Shown here piece by piece: positions 1 through 13,275 of a stretch of 64,000 bases of DNA. The notes below the pieces were generated by a model. The model did no database searches. It saw nothing but the letters and a program-made list of their open reading frames with translations, and was not told the origin of the DNA. Both the position numbers and the translations under genes were made by a program. This DNA is from the human T2T-CHM13v2.0 reference genome, Homo sapiens: the NCBI RefSeq assembly GCF_009914755.1, contig NC_060927.1. One strand, given 5' to 3'. Each line of letters begins with the position of its first letter. The stretch's first letter is position 1.

Positions 1-58
1 CCCCGGCTTCAGCCTTCAAAAGTGCTGAGATTACAGACCTGAGACATCACAACTGGCC
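1..58 (-). mobile_element. Alu 5' end (cut by window edge)
   Basis: agccttcaaaagtgctgagattacagacctgagacatcacaactggcc matches the reverse complement of the Alu 5' end. Confidence 0.85.
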
Positions 59-820
59 TACTTCTTAAGGCTAAAATCTCCTGTACATTTTTTTTCCCCA
101 CAGGAAGTGCTTTTTATATGCCCAATGAATATTTATGGTTAATTAATTAATTTTAAAAGATGTTAATTCAAGTTACTAATATAACAGTGTACTGTTTAAA
201 TTTTTATTTGCTAAATAGTTCGCAAAGTGTACAATACAGCTGAAATTTTAACAAACACTTCAAAATATAAAACCTTGAAGTCATCTTTGATCTTTTATTC
301 TCCATCTCCTTCCCCCCACCTCCTTTGCTACATCTTACCAACCACTTCCAATCAATATAACAATTTGAATTCTGAAATGCTTCTTGATAGTATAATTTAT
401 CATTCATTTCTGGAATATCTACTATATTTAACACATTGGTTACATTTGGGGGGAAATTTCCCTCCTTTGTTTGCTGTCTTTATCAGGTAGAAGTAAAAAT
501 ATTCAGCTTTCCTCACCTTCTTTGTATTCAGGACCTTGTCTATAACAAATAAATAGACTTGAGGGTCTGATTAAAAACTAAGCAAACTGAGTTAGGAGGC
601 CCCATATAGAATTCTTTGTATTGGTTATGAGTGATAGCAGAAGTGCTTGGTAATAATTGGAAGGTCAAGATCCTAATAACAACAACAAACCAACAAAACA
701 AAACAAAATTAAGGTCAATATACTGGCAAACAGGTAGTGGCGGCATTACACTTGAATCTGGCAAGAATGCTTGCTGTATACCACCTACCGCTTGGTGGAT
801 ATAGTGGGAGAGGTGTGTTT

Positions 821-1375
821 TGTAATCAAGTAGCCTAGTTTTAAAATGCAATTTAAAACTTTGTTTCCTCTCAACTCAGAATGTAGCCTTGAAATGTACT
901 TTAAAACTGTTTCTCTTCCTTTCCTACCAGACACTCCCTTGTGCCATGCATGCTTATCTGACTATGTGCATCCTTAGAAATTCCAAGGGCTAATTTTGAA
1001 ATAAACCAGGCACGGAGGCTCAGGTGTGGAATCCTCTCGCTTAAGGGGAGTCAGAAACAATTAGGTGACCACCACTATGCTAAGGTCAAGATGATGCCAA
1101 CCAGACCTCCAGATGTGTAATTACTCAAGTTAGCCATTGGAAGAAGACACACAGTCTCTGCACCCTGAAACACTCATGTATGTTTCTCACATCAAGTTTC
1201 CCTTTTAAACACCATCACTCAGCCCAAAAATTTGAAATGGTTTTGTAGAAGCATGAGCCTGGCCATTCCTCAACTGCCAGCCTTTGATTAATAAGCTGCT
1301 TTCCTTCCACCACACCTCGTTTCTTATGTATTCAGCTTCTCAGATGGCGAGCAGCTGGACTTGTGTTTGGCTACA
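821..1375 (+). mobile_element. ERVL-class solo LTR (LTR47/MER54-like)
   Basis: Starts TGTAATCAAGTAGCCTAG, ends GGCGAGCAGCTGGACTTGTGTTTGGCTACA (TG...CA termini); subfamily uncertain. Confidence 0.65.
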
Positions 1376-1560
1376 TTTTCTTATCAAGTTAATTTGGTAG
1401 CCAGGTTTGTAGCATTGTTACCAGAACCCCAGCTGGGAACCTGTGAACAGTTATCTAGCTTTCTCTGTAGTTCTTTGAACTACTTAATATTCTTTTAATA
1501 ATCTCATGTTCTGCTTAAGCTGCCAGTCAGCTTTTGTACTTGCAATATTGAACACATACT
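1376..1560 (+). mobile_element. Degraded older ERVL LTR 3' part (LTR33/LTR16-like); its 5' part probably lies at about 440-820
   Basis: ttttaataatctcatgttctgcttaagctgccagtcagcttttgtacttgcaa resembles the LTR33/16-type polyA-signal and U5 end. Confidence 0.35.
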
Positions 1561-2696
1561 AAGAGCTCCTAATACAATCATTTTTCCCCTCTCTGCTAAT
1601 GATCAGGTCCTTATTACTCTTAATTATCTTCTGACTGATCTTCTCTCAATGATCGTCCTGTTCTGCAATAAATCATATCAGCAAATTTTCTAAATATGAA
1701 ACTTATGCTAATGTTTTTTGATTTAAGATATCTGTTACAATTACAGTATGATATAGCTGACCTATTTTAATCACTTCACTAAAACAATCTTTTTTTTCTT
1801 GTATTTGTTGTGAAAATCAACTTGGAACAAATATTGTTGGTCTTTTGGTTGTAAAAACATGCAGGCAATAAAAGATTAATGTTAAAAAAACAATAATTGA
1901 GAGTTCTTTTTTTTTACAGTGGATCTCTTTTCAAAACAAAAGTAGACAGGGAGAAACTTGGGGAATTTGGTCTGGCATGATCAAGGGCTCAGCCCTCCAT
2001 CTTCTGGATTTAAAACCTGACCTTGTCTTTGTGTCACAATTTATTAAAATGATGAATGCCAAAATAGAAAAAGATGGCAAGAGACTGATCTTAAAAAGCA
2101 GAATGCTAATTTCTTAGTTTAAATGAGAAATATAAGTGCCAAGGGAAGAAAAAATAGCTGTGGCTTGCAGACCAGCATATCCACTCCATTTAGGGAAACT
2201 TCATGGAAAGCCAATTGACAGAATGTTGCTGTCTGAGCTGGAAATCAGAGGAAGACCACCCATCGTAATAATTTAAAGGTTTCCTGGTCCCAGACTCTGA
2301 TATTCACATCTCTGCTGACAGACAGATTGCCACAAAGATTGAACACTTGACTTCGTCTGAAAGCATACCGTCTTCCCAGATGGTGCTCGGAGGTGCCCTA
2401 CTTTTCACCTGGGAATGGCATTTCTTTGTGTTCATTTTTATCCTATCTCCTTTAGGTGATGTTGGCTATCTCAGTTAGGATCCACGATCTGTTGATTTTC
2501 TAGTTTAACTCTCAGAGGACATGTTATATACTCTTCAGTTTTAGTTTGTTTCCGTATTCGCTAAAGGGGATTTGCAGGCTTATGTTTAGTGTTATAATAG
2601 CTGCTTTTGTAATGTTGTGTACCTCAGTGTAAATATGTTTTTATTGTTAATCATTGCATTCATGTCATTGTATAGTTTATTAGAAGTTATTAATTA

Positions 2697-2996
2697 GGCG
2701 GGTGCGATGGGTCATGCCTGTAATCCCAGCACTTTGGGAGGCCGAGGCGGGTGGATCACCTGTGGTCAGGAGTTGCTGACCAGCCTGGTCAACATGGTGA
2801 AACCCCATCTCTACTAAAAATACAAAAAATTAGCCAGGCTTGGTGGCACACGCCTGTAATCCCAGCTACTCGGAAGGCTGAGGCAGGAGAATCGCTCGAT
2901 TCCAGGAAGCGGAGGTTGCAGTCAGCCGAGATTGCGCCACTGCACTACAGCCTGGGCAACAAGAGCTAAACTCTGTCTCAAAAAAAAAAAAAAAAA
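2697..2996 (+). mobile_element. AluS (Sq/Sp-like), full length
   Basis: Dimeric Alu with A-rich linker and polyA tail; degenerate TSD ttagaagttattaatta / ttagaagataatcata. Confidence 0.95.
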
Positions 2997-3013
2997 TTAG
3001 AAGATAATCATAC

Positions 3014-3899
3014 TGAAATGGGAAAAGTTCCCTTGTCCCCGTCCCAGGGCCTGTGACGGGGGAGTGGCTTGCTTCTTCCGTGCCCCGCTGCTCAAACCTC
3101 TAGGGGAGCACACAGACATGCAGGGTGTGGGGCTCCAACCCCAGGGCAGTGCCTAGTGTGGATGTTTACAGCTCCTGAAGCCCCAGTGGGCGTGTGCTAC
3201 CGTGTGCTCTTTTAGCTTTGCGGTCTATAGGTGGCTTGCGTTAACCAGTTCAATTAGACCCTCCACCTTGTCACAAGGACAGAGTGCTTTCTGTATCCCG
3301 CGTTCTTGCCTTGGTGTACCGGAAGAATCAGATCACACCTGGGCTTGGAGAATGAGTGCAAGGTTTTATTGAGGGGAGACAGCTCTCAGCAGATGGGAGA
3401 AGCCCGGAAAGGGGATGGAGCGGGAAGGTCTTCCCCTGGAGTCAGCCACTTAGCGACCTGGGCTCTCCTCCGACTGCCCCAGCCAAACTCTGTCGTTCTG
3501 CTTCTGCCTGTCGGTGGCCTGCTGCTATGCTAGTGCCTGTTGGTACGTCCCTGTTGACATCCAGCCGAGCCTGTTGACATCCAGCCGAGCCTGTTGACAT
3601 CCAGCCACCCCTGTATTCCTCCGCTGGTGTGCTACTCTCCACGTCCGGCAACCTGTGTATCTACCTGCTAGGGTCTAAGGGTTATTATAGGCACAGGATG
3701 GGGGCGTGGCAGGTCAGGGTGGTCTTGGAAAATGCAACATTTGGGCAGGAAAACAAAAATGCCTGTCCTCACCTAGGTCCGTGGAGGTGGAGCCCTAGCC
3801 AGGGACCATGCCCTCCTCTCCCCAGCGCTTCCACTACTCCCTTCAGTATCGTTTAACCGGACCACACTCTTCCCTTCCCAGCACTTTCTTTCCACATCA
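3014..3899 (-). mobile_element. MER50 solo LTR (ERV1)
   Basis: TGAAATGGGAAAAGTTCCCTTGTCCCC ... CCCTTCCCAGCACTTTCTTTCCACATCA matches the MER50 reverse complement; perfect 4-bp TSD ATAC (3010-3013, 3900-3903). Confidence 0.85.
3550..3606. repeat. 20-bp tandem repeat, about 2.8 copies (cctgttgacatccagccgag), inside MER50
   Basis: Directly visible. Confidence 0.95.
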
Positions 3900-4586
3900 A
3901 TACATAACATACCTATGTATGAAAAAAAAAATCAAGCAGCTTTTGGACTCTCTTATTTTTTGTGCTTTTAGTTTCTAGTGCTAACTAAATAATTCTGAAA
4001 TGTCTTTCTTTAGGAAAGGTGGAAACTGATTTTTATTATGTTTCTTCCTTTCCTACATCACCAGATTCAAGAGAAATTTGATGAGCATTTTCATATATAT
4101 TACCAAATTAAATTATCATAAACATTGTTAGAGGTAAACAGAATCCTTGTTTAAAGATGCAGCAACCGATACTAGGTAATTGGCCCAAGGACAAACTGCT
4201 TGTATATACCTGGTACTTTTGATCCTTTCAGTATCCTTTGATTTGTAATTTGAAGCTCCATCATTAATAACTCCGCATTTTCAAACTCCATATCCTATTT
4301 CACAGGCTCAAGTGTATCATCTTTATTTTTTTGTTTCTGCCAGGAAGATTTTCCTTCATCATTAATTCTTGACTCTATTCCATCTACCTTCTAGGTGTTT
4401 AGTCCTTCTGTAATATTTACAATACCAGCCCAGTATTTTACTAACTCACTCAATCTATTTCTTTTCCCTATCAATCATTTCTTATTCTTAAATTATTTTA
4501 AAATATATTATTTCTTCCATGTCTGTTTCAGAGATTATTACCTATATAGTGAAAATGTTAGGCTTCTGCTCACTCACTTTCTCATT

Positions 4587-4713
4587 TAGTATTTGTTTCT
4601 TTCTGATTACTATTTTTAAAAACTTATACCCATATAGAAAATTTGGAAGCTAGTATTGTTTGTTTCTGATTACTATTTTTAAAAACTAATACCCATATAG
4701 AAAATTTGGAAGC
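4587..4713. repeat. About 64-bp tandem duplication
   Basis: tagtatt...gattactatttttaaaaact(t/a)atacccatatagaaaatttggaagc occurs twice (4587-4650, 4651-4713). Confidence 0.95.
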
Positions 4714-5394
4714 TACAGGAAACTTCATTAAAGGAGAAAAAAATGGCCATAATTCCACTGTACAAAGATAAAAACAAATGAAAGAAACCACAAAACACCT
4801 TTTCACCCAGATGCAGCATTTCTCAGTTCTTTGTATTAAAAAAAAAAGTTAATTTAATTTTTTCCTCCAGAGATTAAAGACTTCTTCTAAAAGACCAGTT
4901 TATAAACAGCCATCATATTCTCCTATGCACCAAAACTTTCCTTCTCTAACATCACTTAAAAACACAGATGAAAATTGAGACTTCTAAGTTCTGTTCCACC
5001 AGGTTGGCCATACCTTGACAGCAACATTGTCTAGGCACATTAATTGACACAATCCAGTGGCATTAAAATGAAAGATTTTTGCTTATGTTTTTCCAAGTAT
5101 ATGTCTGTGTTTGAATAGTAGCCTTACCATAGGATACTAGAAGTAATAATCTTTGAATCAAGATATAATAACATAACTTATTTTCTCTTTGCACTTATTT
5201 ATTCATTTTACAGGTTAATTTCAGGAACAGCCTACCTCTACTATTAAATAACACTTCCTGGAAGTCATTCAATCTAAATTTTACTAGGTTTGACTTTGGA
5301 GAAGACTTTATTTAATGGTCTGAAAACAAAGACTGGAGTTGAAGACTTTAAGCCCTTGAGATCTTAAGAATTCTGACTTCTGTATAATTTCACG

Positions 5395-5472
5395 TATTTA
5401 CTCAATGAATACTTATTGAGCAACAGTTTTGTGCTTGGCACTACTGTGGTGCGGGGTAATAAGATCAAACAG
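5395..5472 (-). mobile_element. L2 3' end fragment
   Basis: tatttactcaatgaatacttattgagcaacagttttgtgcttggcact is a typical L2 tail. Confidence 0.6.
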
Positions 5473-5689
5473 GGTTTTTTGTTTGTTTGTTTGAGAACTT
5501 GGTTACATCTGGGTAATCTGGATTTGGAAGCAAATGAAAAGAGTATTTTAGGTAAACCTTTCTCTTCCCCACCTCTTAGAAAGGAAAGTGTGACATGAAG
5601 TCTCTGTGTTTCTCAAATTGTTCATATTTGGGACTCATTATATTAAAATGAATGAATTTATTTGCTAATAAAGCAGATGATAAAAGTAG

Positions 5690-5844
5690 CTAAAATGACA
5701 TTGTGAGCATACTACGGTCAGACATCCATATATCTTATATGAATAAGTCATTTAATTCTCAGAACAATCCCATTTTATAGATGATAAAAGTTAAGCACAG
5801 ATAAATGAAATAGCTTGTCAAAGATCACACAGCCAAACCAGTTG
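5690..5844 (-). mobile_element. MIR (left part; split by THE1A)
   Basis: catttaattctcagaacaatcccattttatagatga...aaatagcttgtcaaagatcacacagc is the MIR core. Confidence 0.75.
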
Positions 5845-8117
5845 TGGATTAGTCCGTTTTCATGGTGCTGATAAAGATTTACCCAAGACTGGTTAATTTA
5901 CAAAAGAAGGAGATTTAATTGGACTTACAATTCCACATGGCTGGGGAAGCCTCACAATCATGGTGGAAGGCAAGGAGGAGCAAGTCACATCTTAACATGG
6001 ATGGCAGCAAGCAAAGAGAGTTTGTGCAGGAAAACTCCCCCTTATAATAACCATCAGATCTCATGCAACTTACTATCATGAGAACGGCATGGGAAAGATC
6101 TGCCCCCATTATTCAATTACCTCCTACCAGGTCCCCCCAACAACATGCATGTGTGAATTCAAGAGGAGATTTGGGTGGGGACAGAGCCAAAGCATATCAT
6201 TAAGCCCCAGTCCCTCTCAAATCTCATGTCCTCACATTTCAAAAGCAATCATGCCTCCCAACAGTGCCCCAAAGTCTTAACTCATTTCAGCATTAACTCA
6301 AAAGTCCACAGTCCAAAATCTCGTTTGAGACAAGGCAAGTCCCTTCTGCCTATGGACCCGTAAAATCAAAAGCAAGTCAATTGCTTCCTAGATTCAATGA
6401 GGGTATAGGTATTCGATAAACACAGCCATTCCAAATGGGAGACATTGGCCAAAACAAAGGGGCTACAGGCCCCATGCAAGTCCAAAACCCAGCAGGGCAG
6501 TCAAATCTTAAAGCTCTAAAATGGTCTCCTTTGACTTCATGTCCTACATCCAAGTGACACTGATGCAAGAGGGGGGTTCCAATGGTGTTGGGCAGCTCCA
6601 CCCCATGGCTTTGCAGGGTATAGCCCCCCTCTTGGCTGCTTTTATGGGCTGGCATTGAATGTCTGTGGCTTTTCCAGGTGCACAGTGCAAGCTGTTGGTG
6701 GATCTACCATTCTGGGATCTGGAGAATGGTGGCCCTCTTCTTACAACTCCACTAGGTGATGCCACAGTAGGGACACTGTGTGAGGGTTCTGACCCCACAT
6801 TTTTCTTCTGCACTGCCCTAGCAGAGGTTCTCCATGAGGGTCTCGCCCCTGCAGCAAACTTTTTGCCTGGGCATCCAGGCTTTTCCATACAACTTCTGAA
6901 ATCTAGTTGGAGGTTCCCACACCCCAATTCTTGACTTCTGTGCACCCACAGGCTCAACACCGCATGGATGCTGCCAAGGTTTGGGGCTCCCACCCTTTGA
7001 AGTAACAGGTCAAGCTGTACCTTGGCCCCTTTTAGTCATGGCTGGAGTGGCTGGGAACCAAGTCCCTAGATTGCACACAGCACAAGGACCCTGGGCCTGG
7101 CTCATGAAACTATTTCCTCCTAGGTCTCTGGGCCTGTGATGAGAGGGGCTGCTGTGAATACCTCTGACATGCTCTGGAGACGTTTTCCTCAGTGTCTTAA
7201 GGATTAACATGTGACTCCTGGTTATTTATGCAAATTTCTGCAGCCAGCTCAAATTTCTCCTCAGGAAATGGATTTTTCTTTTCTATCACATTGTCAGGCT
7301 GCACATTTTCTGTACTTCTATTCTCTGCTTTTCCTATAAAACTGAATGCCTTTAACAGCACCCAAGTCACCTCTTGAATGCTTTGCTGCTACAAATTTCT
7401 TCTGCCAGATAGCTCAAATCATCTCTCTGAAGTTCAAAGTTTCACAAATCTCTAGGGCAGGGGCAAAATGCCACCAGTCTTTTTGTTAAAACATAACAAG
7501 AGTTACCTTTGCGCCAGTTCCCAGTGAGTTCCTCATCTCCATCTGAGACCACCTCAGCCTGGTGTTTATTGTCCGTATCACTATCAGGATTTGGTCAAAG
7601 CCATGCAACAAGTCTCTAGGAAGTTCCAACCTTTCCCATATTTTCCTTTCTTCTTCCTAGCCCTCCAAAGTGTTCCAGTCTCTGCCTGTTACCTCTTCCA
7701 AAGTTGCTTTCACATTTTTGGGTATCTTTTCAGCAGCGCCCCACTCTACTGGTACCAATTCACCATATTTGTCTGTTTTCATGCTACTGATAAAGACATA
7801 CCCAAGACTGGGCAATTTACAATAGAAAGAGGTTTAATTGGACTTACAGTTCCACGTGGTTGGGGAAGCCTCACAATCATGGTGGAAAGCAAGGAGGAGC
7901 AAGTCACATCTTATGTGGATGGCAGCAAGCAAAGACAGCTTGTGCAGGAAAACTCCCCTTTATAATAAACATCAGATCTCGTGAGACTTACTCAGTATCA
8001 TGAGAACAGCATGGGAAAGATCTGCCCCCATGATTCATTTACCTCCCACTGGGTCCCTCCCACAACATGTGTGAATTCAAGATGAGATTTGAGTGGGGAC
8101 ACAACCAAGCCATATCT
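5845..8117 (-). mobile_element. Full-length THE1A element (LTR 5845-6199, THE1-int 6200-7763, LTR 7764-8117)
   Basis: Two about 355-bp THE1 LTRs lacking the GTAGCTCCCATAATT segment (THE1A-like), about 1.56-kb MaLR internal region, perfect TSD AGTTG (5840-5844, 8118-8122). Confidence 0.92.
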
Positions 8118-8295
8118 AGTTGCAAAACTGGGATTTAAAAATGGCATTCTGAATTACAGCACACACTATTTTTTTTCTGTAGAAGTATTATCTTTTTCTT
8201 TTCTTTTAAATTCCAGGGTATGTGTGCAGGATGTGCAGGTTTGTTGCATAGGTAAACATGTACCATGGCAGCACACACTGTTAACCACAGTATTG
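8118..8295 (-). mobile_element. MIR continuation, itself split by a tiny L1
   Basis: agttgcaaaactgggatttaaaaatggcattctgaattacagcacacact...gttaaccac continues the MIR consensus. Confidence 0.65.
8168..8268 (-). mobile_element. About 100-bp 5'-truncated L1PA 3' end
   Basis: gggtatgtgtgcaggatgtgcaggtttgttgcataggtaaacatgtaccatgg; TSD cagcacacact on both sides. Confidence 0.85.
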
Positions 8296-11282
8296 TCATT
8301 ACACTTTTTAAGTGTTCTGAAAGATACAGCTATACGTTTCCACTTGGAGGCAATTATGAAATGTTGATGTTACTTAATAGAATAAAGGAACAGGGAAATA
8401 AATAGACAAATCATATATGCCAGCTCTTTCTTTCTTTATAATGGATCACAGGAACAGTGATAGGACATTACCACTTATATATTATTGGCCAGAAATTACT
8501 CACATATCTGTAAAGGGGACTTTATAATTATAAATTATATAATAATTAAATATATATAGAGAGATAATATAAATAATATAAATATAATTATATTTTGGGT
8601 GACAGTGCACACCGACTTATTTAACTACTATGAGTCAAAGGTTTAATGGATTCAGGGAGATTAGAGATTTCTGCTATAGCCCTGTATTCCAGTTTCATAT
8701 ATACAGAGAGTGTTCTACTGAAATTGTTTTAAACAAAAGATCAAATTAAGAATGAAGATATGCCCTGTCTATCTGTGTACAATTATGATTGTCAGTTAAA
8801 ACCTCCTACTGCTCCCTCTCTCATTCACTATCATCCAAAGTACTTCTTACTGTTCTTAGAGTAGTTGAGACACTATGACTTCCAGAGATTTCTACTGGCA
8901 AACTCTAGCTGGAAACAATTTATCCAGACACCTGTGAGTCTTGCACCCTCATCTCCTTCATGCTTTCTTCATTCACATCACTTTCTCAGTGAGTGCTTCC
9001 CTGAACATCTAGTTACATTTCAATTCTCATTTTCAACCTGGGAACCGCCTAGCCCCTTCCCTGTTTTATTCTCTCTTTAACACCAGCAGCCTCTTACATG
9101 TAACTTTTTGGCTCTTCTTTTTTTTTCTATTGTCAACCCTCCTCTAGATGCCAGACTCAAAAAGATTATCCCCACAGCCTAGAAAAAGGCTTAGCAACTA
9201 ACAGGAATTCAGTGAATATTGAACACATGATTACAAATGTGAGAATGAGTTACACTTTGCCTCCACTAGAGTCACTTTAACTTATCAATGTTATGTTGTC
9301 TTTATTCTTAGCACGGGAATAGCTGTTAATTACATGTCTGTATACATTTTTAAAATTGAAATAGTCTTCATTTTTAGAGTAATGAAATATTTTAGAGCTA
9401 TAAAAATAGAGAAATGCAAGGGTAGTGTGCAATACTGAGCATAAATACTTTACATCTCAAAGCTGGTTGCCCAGTAGCTCTTTTACATTTGTCTCCTCTC
9501 CGCTCCCATTTAAAACCTGAGGAGTCATCCACTAAATCATCCACTTCGTTAAGCAGAAATGCAACTCCATCTCACCAGTCTCAAAATGTTGCTTGAATTG
9601 TCTTTGTGTTCTACTGCACTTTGTCTCCACTTCCCCTCCTAATCTATTTTGCAAGGAAATCTAATTTCTTTTCTAAATTGGAGTTGTGTGCTGCCAGTTC
9701 TGATATTTTACTATCCACATTCTCATCAGTGTTATCATCTCTGAACGTCTGAATCAAAAGCATCACAGAGAATTGTTTTGAAATACATGTTTCGAATGAA
9801 ATACCATCTTATTTAAACATATCAAAATTAATTTTGCTTCTCATAAAATACCTGCACGTGGTTTTGCATGTTAGCTTATATGCTGGCAATAATTAAAAAC
9901 TCTCATCTTAGGTGATCATGGAAGTGGGCCTGATTTGAAAAATATAGCTAATTCTCTTATCAGCAAAACTAGTATTGCATATTTTTCTGAGGATATTGAA
10001 TTTTAAATTAAACATTCTAACTAATATCTTATAATATCAGAATATGATACTTCATGGTTTTACAGAATAGTTATTTACTGTAGATTAACCCTCAAAAAAT
10101 TTTGAAAGACATTAAAATATTAGTTATTTCAAAAAGTGCATGTGTAATACTTATAATCACTTTAACTTTTTTTATTATAAAAATCTGGAAGCATTATTAC
10201 ATTAATTATAATTCATTAATGAGATGAAATTATCTTAGTGGTAAACTTGTGAAGAACATGTGAGACTTGTATTTGTGTTTTATGCACTTATGTTTAGGTA
10301 TGGGATGTGTATGTTTCATTCTGTGTATCATTTGTGCACCTGCATAGTATTATGCTCCACTGAAAAGTCTGCCTTATGGTCAGGAATGTGAAATGCCAAT
10401 TATGTTCATCAGGACACAATTTGTCATCATGTGCAAGGATATTTATGCTAATGTTTAATTTCCTTTTTTTATTATTAATGATGCTTTATACTTGAGAGAA
10501 ATTTCATCCTGAAAGCTTCTTGGAATCATCAATCCTCATGATGTATGTGACATAGTTAAGAATTTTTAATCCTTACTTTGAAATGGGCAAAGTAAGAAAC
10601 AGCTAACACGAATAAGTAGTCCAAATATCAGAAGAATGCCTTCACATAGAAAACATGCATAAGAAGAAACAAGTTCGGTGTGATTTATTCTATTTAGGTT
10701 TTTAATTTTTTTCACATTTGTGAGTGTATGTGTGTGTGCATAGAATAATTTATAGCTGCATATAGCAGGAGAATTCAAATGCAAAAAGATTATTATCCAC
10801 CTTTGTTCTGGACTACTAAATACCTGAATTTATCTTTTCTTGTATCCAATGCTATTGCAACAGAGAAGCTGAAGTCATAATTTTTTCATGCATATTTAGA
10901 GAGATGCATCCAAATGTGTTAATCTAAAAAATCCTATTTGAGACATTTGGTCTGTTTAAAGCCTCATCTTACATAAATTATATTTTACTTCAGGTGACTT
11001 TTATATTTGTAATATCGCTATTCAATGTTTTAATTGGAGGTAGATTAATGTCTTTGTGTATATTGTACAAAAGAATTCTAATTCAATGCTGAAAATAATT
11101 TTATGTAGAAAGGAAAAATTCTTAGCAATTAATATACATGTGTTATAATTTAATGATAAAAGGAAAAATTCGCAAATAAGTAGAGAGAGAATAATTAACA
11201 AAGTTTCTGGAATAGGATCCCAATGGTGATAAAATATAGAAGATATTCATATAAAAGTGTAAAAACATGGAAATAAAAATTA

Positions 11283-11400
11283 GGCTGGGTGCAGTGGCTC
11301 ATGCCTGCAATCTCAGCACTTCGGGAGGCTGAGTCAGGAGAGTTTCTTGAGTCCAGGAGTTTCAAACCAGCCTGGGTAAGATGGCAAGATATGTCTACAT
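11283..11400 (+). mobile_element. FLAM / AluJ left monomer
   Basis: Single Alu monomer ggctgggtgcagtggctcatgcctg...ccagcctgggtaagatgg. Confidence 0.85.
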
Positions 11401-11403
11401 ACA

Positions 11404-11440
<37 letters not shown>
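11401..11440. repeat. (CA)n microsatellite in the Alu tail
   Basis: Directly visible. Confidence 0.98.
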
Positions 11441-11443
<3 letters not shown>

Positions 11444-11600
11444 AAAAGTGTAGAGTATGTCTACCTAGAAACAAGTGCAACAAATGCAACAAATAATGAT
11501 AAATGGCAACAATGTATCTCTAATTCTGTTTTTTGACTATCACTTAACCTGTTTCTTCTCTGCTTCCTTGGAAATTTGTTCCAGACTTTGCTATAGCATG

Positions 11601-12042
11601 TGTGATGGTTAATAGTGAGTGTCAACTTGATTGGATTGAAGGATGCAAAGTATTGATCCTGGGTGTGTCTATGAGGGTGCTGCCAAAGGAGATTAACCTT
11701 TGAGTCAGTAGGCTGGGGAAGGCACATCCACCTTTAATCTGGTTGGGCACCATCTAATTCGTTGCCAGCAAATAATATAAAGCAGGCAGAAAAACATGAA
11801 AAGGCGACATTGGCTTAGCCTCCCAGCCTACATCTTTCTCCCATGCTGGATGCTTCCTACCCCTGAACATCATATTCCAAGTTATTTAGCTTTGGGACTT
11901 GGACTGGGTCTCCTTGCTCCTCAGCTTGCAGACAGCATATTGTGAGACCGTGTGACACTGTGAGTTAATATTTAATAAACTCCCCCTTTATATATGTATT
12001 TTCCTATTAGTTCTGTCTGTCTAGAGAACCCTGACTGAAAAA
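11601..12042 (+). mobile_element. MLT2A1 solo LTR (HERV-L)
   Basis: TGTGATGGTTAATAGTGAGTGTCAACTTGATTGGATTGAAGGATGCAAAG...CTAGAGAACCCTGACT; about 440 bp, the short MLT2A1 form. Confidence 0.9.
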
Positions 12043-12049
12043 GTATTTA

Positions 12050-12200
12050 TATCTTTACAACTTCTCTACTTACATGAGCTTCTCTTCCTTTAGCCTATAG
12101 GCAACTCTAGGTCAGGGACAGAATGCAATGCATTTTCGTATACTTGTTTTTTCTACAGTGCCTAGTATATATTAAATACTTAACAAACACTTATTGAAAA
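12050..12200 (+). mobile_element. L2 3' fragment
   Basis: ggtcagggac...ctacagtgcctag...aaatacttaacaaacacttattgaa. Confidence 0.55.
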
Positions 12201-12274
12201 AGGGAGAGAAAGAGAGAAAGGAAATTACTGGGTTGTAGAAAATAACTATATAAAGGGAAATTTAATTGCAGTGA

Positions 12275-12663
<389 letters not shown>

Positions 12664-13164
12664 CATGTTTTAAGTGAAACAAAATACTTTCTATGCCAAT
12701 CACATCAAGTTTGACAATAAGTAAGTTGATTATGATTTTGACTATCCAATGCAACTTAGCAGCAATTTTCTTTTTCTGAAGGTATTTATCTTAATCAGCT
12801 GCTTCCTTAAAAGGACCCAACACATTCTTTTGCTTAGAATATTTATATACACACATTTATTGTTCTATGTCTCCCATATAATAAGGATGTCTACGCACTG
12901 GCCTTAGACTTTGTAAAACAATTTCAGGAGAACATGTATTTTCTTAAATTATAAGGAAAATAATAAATGCCTCTATACATTTTTTACTGAATATCTATAC
13001 CTTTCAAACATATCTCCAAGAGACCAAAAAAGGTAAAAATAATTTGCTCTACATGCAATTAACATTTATTTAGTATGTATGGTATGTTTTCATTTATGTG
13101 AATTTCTAGACATCAATATCACTCTATAATAGGAATTAGAGGTATATGCTGCTGAGAAAAGTTG

Positions 13165-13275
13165 GACAAGAAAATGTTCTTTATCTTGGTATGAGTATCG
13201 ACTGCCCAGGTGTACACATTTGTTAAAACTAATCAACCTACAACACTTAAAATATATGAATATTTTTGTAGAAAA
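13165..13275 (+). mobile_element. Old L1M (MC/ME) 3' UTR fragment
   Basis: aaatgttctttatcttg...ggtgtacacatttgttaaaact...cacttaaaatatatg. Confidence 0.55.

Noticed and set aside
3550-4713. Short direct repeats as a CRISPR-like array
   Set aside because: Eukaryotic DNA; the repeats are contiguous with no spacers and no cas genes.
5253-5265. STAT/GAS-like palindrome acTTCCTGGAAgt
   Set aside because: A single 9-bp motif is expected by chance in 64 kb.
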